The notes under the pieces are model-generated. The model made no database searches and was not told where the DNA came from. It was given only the letters and a program-made list of their open reading frames with translations. The position numbers and the translations under genes were made by a program. From NCBI GenBank assembly GCA_964247055.1, contig OZ176056.1:4526001-4559000 (forward strand): a DNA stretch of 33,000 nt, read 5' to 3'. Shown in pieces: positions 1-7,874 of this stretch; position 1 is the first letter of the stretch; every line of letters begins with the position of its first letter. Source of the DNA: Paragordius varius. Taxonomy: Eukaryota; Animalia; Nematomorpha.

Positions 1-20
1 GTAAATTCATAGTAAAATAC

Positions 21-1303
21 TTGTTTCCTGTAATCCCGTAAAGCCTTCCCAAACACTAGCTAAAATTTATATTTGACAAAAATGTAATATATAATATAAT
101 ATATTTGTGGATACGTTAAACTTACATTGAAAAACTATCAAATATTATAGTATTAATTTTTAATATATATAATTAGTATTTAAGTTATTTTTGAAAATAA
201 ATTTATACCTCTCTGCAGTCTAAGTGCCGCTACAAATGTAAAAAATCACATATAACCAAAAACAGCCATAAATATTTTATATCAAATAAATTTTTTTTAT
301 AAATTGTAAAACATATTTTGGTTAATTATAAAAGTATACATTTACTTTTTTTAAGATTAGATATTATACTGTTTAATATCCAAATTCACCCCTCAACAAT
401 TTAACCTTAAACAAAATTCACCCTAAAAATGATTATGTGTTTTCAGGCTAATATAACTCATCATTGATAAGACATATATTCTTAAATTTCCTGTTTTAAA
501 AATATTCTATAGGTAATTTTTAAACTTAAAAAACACATAATTTGTTTTAGGAAAATTAAAATTGTTCCAGGGTGAATTTAAATTGTTCATGGATGAATTT
601 GAATTGTTTAAGGGTGAATAATTTGAAGTGTAAATAGTTTATCATTAATAAAACAAAATTTACATTTAAACAAATATAAAGTAAGTTATAGGCAAAAATA
701 ATTCGAATCTATTTTTAAAAAAATTACATTCTGAGATTACTGAAGTGGCTAAAGAAAATCAACATATAAAATTTAAGCGATTAAAATATAATTTTTTAGC
801 ATTGTATTATGATACATACTTTCTTCCATAATATCAGCGCCTTTAAATATAGTGATTTATTAATGTATTAAAAAATATTTAGTATATAATAAAATAATTC
901 ATACCGATTCTTATATTATCGAGAGCTGAAATAAATATTTTTTTACATATTACGCACAGTAAAAACAGAAAATATATAGACAAAACCTGAAATATATAAA
1001 CAAATTTTTTTTAAAGCCAACCATACTTTTTGAATCTTGTTTTTATAATATAACTCAATGTTTAAAATGAAGTGGGAAATAGTGATATATATAAGCAAAC
1101 ATGATTTATAGCCTTTATTAGTAATATTAAAAGTATGTTTATTTTTAAAAAAATATTTGTCTTTATAATTTTACACGTTTTGTCCGTATAATTTCAATTT
1201 TTACTGTAAATTAAATATAAATTATACGCAAAATAATATACATGACATCATAACTTGTGAGGCTAAATTGTAAAACTAACATTACCTAATTGTTCACTGC
1301 GTG
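21..1303 (-). CDS. Micro-exon gene, cluster III: 9-39 nt phase-1 exons, five of them exactly 21 nt; continues past window start
   Basis: Exons 1286-1303 (18), 1242-1262 (21), 905-925 (21), 820-840 (21), 728-748 (21), 209-229 (21), 126-134 (9), 21-59 (39). Each is flanked by AG and GT (donors gtaatg, gtatat, gtatga, gtatgt, gtaatt, gtataa, gtaagt, gtattt). Joined: xRSEQL-ASQVMMS-SLDNIRI-GADIMEE-TTSVISE-SALRLQR-VFQ-SSVWEGFTGLQET with no stops. Several introns are 64-74 nt, like the 65-nt introns of the NDRG gene. Confidence 0.72.
369..637. mobile_element. Foldback-like MITE, subfamily E copy 1 (TIRs built of ~20-nt AATTCACCCTTAAAC subrepeats)
   Basis: Left arm caaattcacccctcaacaat..aaattcaccc is inverted relative to right arm gggtgaatttaaattgttc..gggtgaataatttgaagtgtaaatag. 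Confidence 0.6.
957..1206. mobile_element. Tc1/mariner-pogo-like MITE family D copy 1 (CAGT..ACTG, TA target)
   Basis: ~50-bp imperfect TIRs (CAGTAAAAA..GACAAAAC / GTTTTGTCCGTATA..TTTTTACTG), followed by TA; left flank is CA. Confidence 0.7.
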
Positions 1304-1341
<38 letters not shown>

Positions 1342-1348
1342 TTCTTAA

Positions 1349-1815
1349 TGAATACTACACATTTATTTCAGTCCTTCGATTCAAATTGGGGTCGTTTGAT
1401 ACCCCAGGCCTGAATTAAAAAAAATCATTCAAAGATATTTGATATTACTTAATTTAAAGTAACGCCCAAAGATAAAATTTAATTACTATGACATGTGTGC
1501 ATTAGATATATTTGAAAAAATAAAAAATAAACCACTTTTTCTGTTTTCATCAATGGTAGATGAGATTTAAAAAATTAGCCTTGATTTTAACTCTGAAATT
1601 AAATAAACACGATATTTCGCAAAAATACTGTAAAAATACTGTAGAAATAGATTGATATAAAGCCTTTATTCACTAAATTTTATTTAGATATTTTAGCTTA
1701 TTTATATAATATTTATTAGGATATTTAATTGGCACCGTTTCTTTCAGTAGTTTATTACAAATACCAACTTAAGTATAATCTGGGGTATTAATATGCCCCA
1801 ATTTTAATCGAAGCA
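1349..1815 (+). mobile_element. piggyBac-like TTAA MITE family A, degenerate copy 1
   Basis: Homologous to 12511-13060. Inverted subterminal cttcgatt(c/a)aaattgggg..cccc motifs at both ends; termini eroded. Confidence 0.7.
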
Positions 1816-2177
1816 CGGTGAAATTTTTAAATAAATCTAATTTAAACCATAAAATTTACAATGCATGTGGTATTAAATCGTATTTTATTTTCTTTAACTG
1901 TTCAATCCTTATTCTCCTGAATGATCTTAGATGCATTATAGATAATTCTTGACAATTAAAAACCTATAAAAGCCACCTAAATTTAATTGTTATTGAAAAA
2001 ATTTAATATATAAAATACTTAACACTTTAAAATATTTTTGTATACATATATATATATATATATATAATAATATATTTTTGGAATTAGGTGGCTGATTTTG
2101 GAATAAAGAAAGGGTTTCATTACGATTCAGAAAATTTTTACCTTTAGTGTAAAAAATAAGATAATAGATTTATATTA

Positions 2178-4206
2178 CATTGTGCGCAAAAAAGGGGGGT
2201 AAAAAAATAAACAAATATGATTTTTATCTAGAATAATAAGAAATCCTTTGGAAAAGGAGACCCCAAAAATTTGGGTCAAAAATGCGCCCCAAAATGAAAA
2301 TATTCCATTTTTTCATCTTTGACTAGAAATAGATTTTTATCCATATTTTTAAAACTTATTGAGCAAACATGATAAAACTTATATATATTATATAAAACCT
2401 AATATATTCTTAAGAAAAATACATAAAATCATTTTAAAGTATCAATAATTTTTTTACTCCACAAAAATAGAAATTCGTAAATTTCATGACATTGTCGAAA
2501 TATATTATAAAAAAATTATTTGCAAGAACTCCATATTGTTTTTATTGTTTATGACTTATATATAACATACCAAAGAGTTGGTATATATAATAAAGGCTAT
2601 GTATCTTTTTAAGTCCCAAAAAATTATTTTTTGAAAAATTTTCGCGATTTTTGTTGCATTTTCCTCACATGCTTCTCACTGTTTCATAAATACATAAATC
2701 CACAATTTTCAAATGCGAATACTGAAAAAACCAATTAAACTTCAAGATTATGAAATTCCCATTACATTACTTTGGATAAATGTTTATATACTATTTAATC
2801 TATAGATAATAAATTTAATTAAAGACCTTTTGATATACAGAAGGCAGCATCGGAAATATAATTAGCATTTTTTGCTATTGCTATACACTATATTTAGCTT
2901 TTTAAGTAAAATTCTATTTGTCACGTATATTTTCTTCATATAATTTTAGTTACAAAATAGAATTTTCCTTGCACCAAAATTATTCTGACATTTGTAAATA
3001 ATCTACTTCCAGAATCTCTATTGCCAAATTATAAATCTAACAATTATTACAATTATATATATTTAAAAACTGATAATAAATCGATTTATTTTAATTCGAT
3101 AGAATTTTTAGCATTCTTTTACAATAAGAATATTTAATTAAGTTTCTACAAAATTTTAAATTAAAAATTTTCCGGTCTTATCAAGATATTGTCAAATACA
3201 AACTTCGTTTGCAAAAATTGCTGCAACATCTCTTCAAGTCTAACCCAACAACAACACTTAAAATACATATAAAATTTATTTATACACAATGAGTACATTA
3301 TTCAGACATAAAATGATTCCAATAGTATTCACCAACTATTGGAACTATTATAGTTTTTTTCTATATGTTTGAGCGTTTGATGGATTGTTCTCCATCCTGG
3401 TCTGTAGCCCTCCACCGGAATATAATTACCTTGCTGCTCATATTTGCTTGTAATGAACTAATTTCTCAGCAAAATACATGTTGTAATAGGTAATTATTTG
3501 TTCAGTTAATTTAATCAAATTTGTAGGGCGATGATACCTTCCGCATATATAGCAGAAAAGTTCTGTATTCAATTTGCAATTGAATTTATTAACTATGTTA
3601 TTAAATAATATATATATACTTTTATCCAAATTAAGGGTTCATAATCTTGAAGTTTTATTGGTTTTTTCAGTATTCGCATTTGAAAATTGTGGATTTATGT
3701 ATTTATGAAACAGTGAGAAGCATGTGAGGAAAATGCAACAAAAATCGCGAAAATTTTTCAAAAAATACAAATTTTTTGAGGGACTTAAAAGGATACATAA
3801 CCTTTATTATATATACCAACTCTTTGGTATGTTATATATAAGTCATAAACTTAAATAATAAAAACAATATGGAGTTCTTACAAATAATTTTTTTATAATA
3901 TATTTCGACAATGTCATAAAAATTTACGAAATTTTTGTGGAATAAAAATATTATTGATACTTTCAAATAATTTTATGTTTTTCTTAAGAATATATTAGGT
4001 TTTATATAATATATAAAAGTTTTATCATGTTTGCTCAATAAGTTTTAAAAATATGGACAAAAATCTATTTCTAGTCAAAAATGAAAAAATGGAATATTTC
4101 CATTTAGGGGCGCATTTTTGCCCCAAAATTTTTGGAGTCTCCTTTTCCAAGGGATTCCTTATTATTCTAGATGAAAATCATGTTTGTTTATTTTTTGTGC
4201 ACTGTG
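2178..4206 (-). mobile_element. Chapaev3-like (CMC superfamily) DNA transposon, internally deleted, with ~640-bp terminal inverted repeats
   Basis: 2178-~2820 is the reverse complement of ~3580-4206 over its length. Ends are CATTGTGCGCAAAAAA and TTTTTTGTGCACTGTG, with TTA on both flanks (2175-2177, 4207-4209). The centre carries a transposase remnant. The family assignment rests on remembered Chapaev3 traits (CAC..GTG ends, 3-bp TWA TSD, protein motifs). Confidence 0.75.
2830..3629 (-). pseudogene. Decayed Chapaev3-like transposase fragments
   Basis: Supplied ORF 3438..3629 gives NCKLNTELFCYICGRY...ITYYNMYFAEKL...KQI*A, matching the FCYICG..Y..YF..KL...W-A N-terminus. Frameshifted pieces follow: VPIV..NH..C..C, then VDYL..QNNFGA and MKKIY..K*N, resembling the C-terminal LDFFPENLGAVS..MEKRYQGKWN motif. 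Many stops and a large internal deletion. Confidence 0.65.
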
Positions 4207-4748
4207 TTATACAATACTAGCAATTTTAATATGAAATAATGGTAAAGTAATTTGTGGATATTTCGTTAGGGAATGTCTGAGCTTTATAATGCTAACGAGC
4301 CTGGAGACCTTAAATTTTTTTTATTAATGTTGGTTACAAATTTATGTAAAATGGGATTTTCTTGGCATTTCGTTTTATTTAATGGATCGCGCAATTTATT
4401 CATATATTGAATACTTTAGGAAAATTACATTTAGATATATTAATGCCGACTTCAGCTGAAAATACATCCCCCTAAGCTTTTTTTAAAAAAAACAGAGTCC
4501 ACATTAAATAAGGTACAATTAATTTGAAAGATCTTCGTAAGTGATGTCGATTTTATACAACAAGTATGTGATGGATATAATATTGTAACATTAAAATTTA
4601 TTAATATTTAATATAAATTTAATTTTTTAAGCAGTGTATTTTGTGATTGTAAAGAATTTAGAATAAGTGATCACATGATAAATTTAATATTAGTTTATTA
4701 GTATCTATCTTATTATAAAATTTTATACAGCAAAATTGATATCATATA

Positions 4749-5006
4749 CAGTTAAAATGTAAAAACATAAAGACAAATATATTGTTTAAAAAGACCGCTA
4801 TAGATCTTTATGCAATATATAACTGATTGTTATAATTGCATAGTATGAAAACATGTAAAATGGCAACACAATCAATTATATATTTTTAAATTGTAATTAG
4901 TGTATATAGGAAAAATTAAGGTTTAAATGAGTTGGTTTTTGTCTGTTAAATAATATTTGTCTTTATAATTATTTACGCTTTATCCGTATAATTTCAATTT
5001 TGACTG
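4749..5006. mobile_element. MITE family D copy 2
   Basis: TA-CAGTTAAAATG..TAAAGACAAATAT and ATATTTGTCTTTATA..TTTTGACTG-TA; TA on both flanks. Confidence 0.7.
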
Positions 5007-5019
5007 TAAATGCATATAC

Positions 5020-5726
5020 TTTGCTGTCGAGGTAGATTTTCATTGACGGACACATCATCAATGTTAGTGTCACCTATTAATTGATTTTATGAATTATTTT
5101 TTTTCTAAAAAAAGCAATTTAAGCAACTTAATATTTTTAGTATTATACTACTGCTGCTTTCGGTATCAAATCTATTTTCTTCAGAGTTCGGTTCACTGTT
5201 AACTGGATCTTCTTCAACTGAATTGTTAAATAGATTAAATGCAATTTTAATTAAAATTATAGCTGTTTTATAGTTTTAATGAAATTATTATTTTTTATGT
5301 AGTAATATATTTTTAGATTAAGAATTTAAATTTTTTGACTAAATATAAATTAGATAAAGAGATAGCCTAATTAACAGAAAGATATATATAATACTTTTTA
5401 ATTATTTTTTAACCCTTCTTAACTACACTTAAAATAATTTTAAACTTTAAAATATTTATTTAAACAAAATGTATCATTTATAATAAAAATATTTACAGAT
5501 TAATATTAATATTATACTTTTCCCCACAATTAACATATAATTAATAAATTATACTCTGTAGTTCAGATCCATTTTCATCCGAAAATAAATCATCATCAAG
5601 GTTGTCTTCTACATATTGCACAATAATTATTTAATTTTTTTTATTTTTAATTAAATTTTTGTTATGGAAAAAAACCTTCATCACCCTCAATTCCAATCTC
5701 ATCTTCAAAGTCATCAGGTGAATTTT
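5020..5726 (-). CDS. Micro-exon gene, cluster II: four phase-1 exons encoding an acidic low-complexity segment
   Basis: Exons 5676-5726 (51; weak gaag acceptor, alternative phase-2 start 5731), 5555-5608 (54), 5149-5217 (69), 5020-5073 (54); introns 67, 337 and 75 nt. Joined: xNSPDDFEDEIGIEGDEEDNLDDDLFSDENGSELQIEEDPVNSEPNSEENRFDTESSSSDTNIDDVSVNENLPRQQ. The Asp/Glu/Ser/Asn bias holds in one frame across all four exons. Confidence 0.8.
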
Positions 5727-5882
5727 CTTCGCTTTTTGATTAAATATAATTTATTATGATTACTGAATATATATATATAATATATATATAAATATTTGTT
5801 TTCGTGCATTAATAAACTATATATTTTGTAAGAAGTTTATTTTTTAAACTTAATATATATGGTTTTTTTTAAAGATTGGTTT

Positions 5883-6095
5883 CAAAGGCGCAAAGGGAAA
5901 GGGGACCTGATGCAACGGGCTTGCCATAGTTTAAGGGGGGCCGGATTCTAAATTTTTTTATTTAATTTCAAAAAAATAGTTATTAAAAAATTATTATTTT
6001 TAAAAAATCATTCATTTATGAGTGGTCATGACCAAGGTTGGGGACAAGAAGAGGCCATCACGGACTGGGCGTCAGAAATGCAAGTTACGTCTCTG
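5883..6095. mobile_element. hAT-like MITE (213 bp)
   Basis: Imperfect 11-bp TIR (CAAAGGCGCAA versus reverse complement CAGAGACGTAA, 8/11). GC-rich ends around an AT core; 8-bp flanks ATTGGTTT and ATTGAATT (6/8), compatible with a decayed 8-bp TSD. Confidence 0.5.
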
Positions 6096-6313
6096 ATTGA
6101 ATTGGTTAAGATCGCTTGTACATATTTATTATTTTTCGTTCTTTGGTAAAAGTGTTAAAATTAGTTAGCTATTTATAGTGTTTTCACTATAACTTGCGAA
6201 AAAACTAAGATAAATCAAAATTTCTTACTATATATTCAAGATTTGTTGAAAGATTTAATTTTAACAAATTTTCACTCGGCTTACACAGATTGGTTATGAA
6301 ATTATATAATAAA

Positions 6314-6345
6314 CTAGCGTAAATCTCGTGCTGCTACGAAGCCCG
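6314..6345 (-). mobile_element. Possible Helitron 3-prime end (imperfect hairpin plus CTAG|T)
   Basis: Minus strand reads ..TCGTAGCAGCACGAGATTTACG-CTAG-T: an imperfect GC-rich hairpin about 8 nt before CTAG. It borders a relatively GC-rich non-coding block (~6320-7700) whose other end I could not define. Confidence 0.35.
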
Positions 6346-7741
6346 AGGAAGTTTCGGACTTCTGGGGGGGGGGGGGGGGTCTATTTGAAAAAAGAGACAA
6401 TAAAATAATCCATATATGTGGATTGCAAAACATTATTTAATAGCTATGATCTCATGGGATTTTCAAAACGGTGCATTCATACTAATATATTGTTTACTAT
6501 GTTAAGTCCCCATATTGACCTTAACGGAAAAAACCGCTATACTATAATATTTTTATGGGTAATATTTAAAGCCTTTAATTGAATTCCTATGGCTTTTAAT
6601 TTTTTTGAAAATTAGCTCCAAATTGTATGGCGTCTCAGTTTTAAACCGGTAGGCTACCCACAGGCCTTTATAGAAAAAGCGCTAAGTTATATTTTTTGTA
6701 TAGGGAAATATTTGGAATCATCTTTGACACCATCGTATCATGGAAAAAATACCTCAACACTAAATAATCGTTATGTATTTTTAGGGCATAAAGGCCCCAG
6801 ATTAACGGCTAATAAAAAAAGGCTGGCCTTAATTTTTACCTAGTTACGGGTAATATTTCGAACTTTAAATGAATATGGCATAAGTTTTAAATTAGTTGCA
6901 AAACAACGCCATTTCTATATAGTGGCACAGTTTTTGGCGAGCTTCTTACCCAGAGGCAGGTATATAATAGTGTCGGGCAAAATTTGTTTTTATAAGTTCT
7001 TGGAAATATTGCTACAAAACCAAAAAATTGTTCTATGGCGGCGAATTTTCAGAGCGTAAAACTTTCCTTAGCGACTCATTTAATAACCCCCTGTAGTAAA
7101 ATATTTGTTTTTTAAGATGTAATATTAGGCCCTGATTGAACTCACATAATCTCATAAGTTTTCTGAAATTTAGCTCCAAAGGCATGCTGTATCGATATAG
7201 TGACTTTTTACGCGGATAGCCCCCTACTCAGAGCCTATTTAACCGCTATTTAAAAAATCAGCTCGACTAAAATTTTTGCCTTTTAACAGGGAATACCTGA
7301 AATCCTTATTGAATTTTAACAGTCTCATACTTTGGGCGAAAAATAGTTTCAAAAAATTATTTTTGTGGACTTGATTTTTTTGAAAAAAAAATGGCATTTT
7401 ACGGTGGGAGCGGGTAAAAAGAGAGCCTAAATTTAAAAAGCGAGCCGACTATGTTCGGCGCAATCAAATAAGTAAAAAAAATCACATTTGAAATCGAATG
7501 GTCCAACACGTTTTCCGGAAAATTGTTTCAAAATAACCGTTTCTTACGCGGAGTGGGCCCGAACCCGAGGCCTAATTCAAAAAAGGGCGAAGCTATTGTC
7601 GGGGCATTCATTAATGATTATATTTTTTCGGTATGACTTGAATGGGTTTACCGGTTTTTCGGAAACAGATCACAAAGCCACCGCTTTCCATTTTTATAAA
7701 TATATAGATTACAAATTAGATACCCATCATTTTTTAATATT

Positions 7742-7833
7742 TTATGGCATAATCCAACTAACTCCATAAAAAATCCAATAAATCCCGCCAATGAATACAA
7801 GCGAAAGCAACACAATATATGTGAAACTCAACT
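7742..7833 (-). CDS. Candidate terminal exon encoding a hydrophobic transmembrane or GPI-signal-like tail
   Basis: Phase-1 acceptor (ttaaaag|AG at 7834/7833) reads KLSFTYIVLLSLVFIGGIYWIFYGVSWIMP* directly after the STTTAPP exon. Requires a 41-nt intron (7834-7874). Confidence 0.5.
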
Positions 7834-7874
7834 CTTTTAACGATATAAATTTATGTTTTAAAATAAAATATAAC

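Noticed and set aside
2124-2141. Extra candidate phase-1 micro-exons (2124-2141 xKNFLN; 4675-4704 xTNKLILNLS)
   Set aside because: Splice signals and phase fit, but they are AT-rich with no compositional support and cannot be told from chance. Left out of the model.
4200-4206. CACAGTG/CACTGTG heptamers suggesting Transib or RAG signal sequences
   Set aside because: Flanks give a 3-bp TTA duplication rather than a 5-bp one, and the protein remnant is Chapaev3-like.
4429-4471. GC-richer island GDVFSAEVGINISK with a good gtaatt donor
   Set aside because: Needs phase-0 entry (43 nt); phase-1 entry hits TGA, and no bridging exon was found.
7488-7769. Supplied + strand ORF, 93 aa
   Set aside because: Non-ATG start, no recognisable motif, and lies in a repeat-like block.
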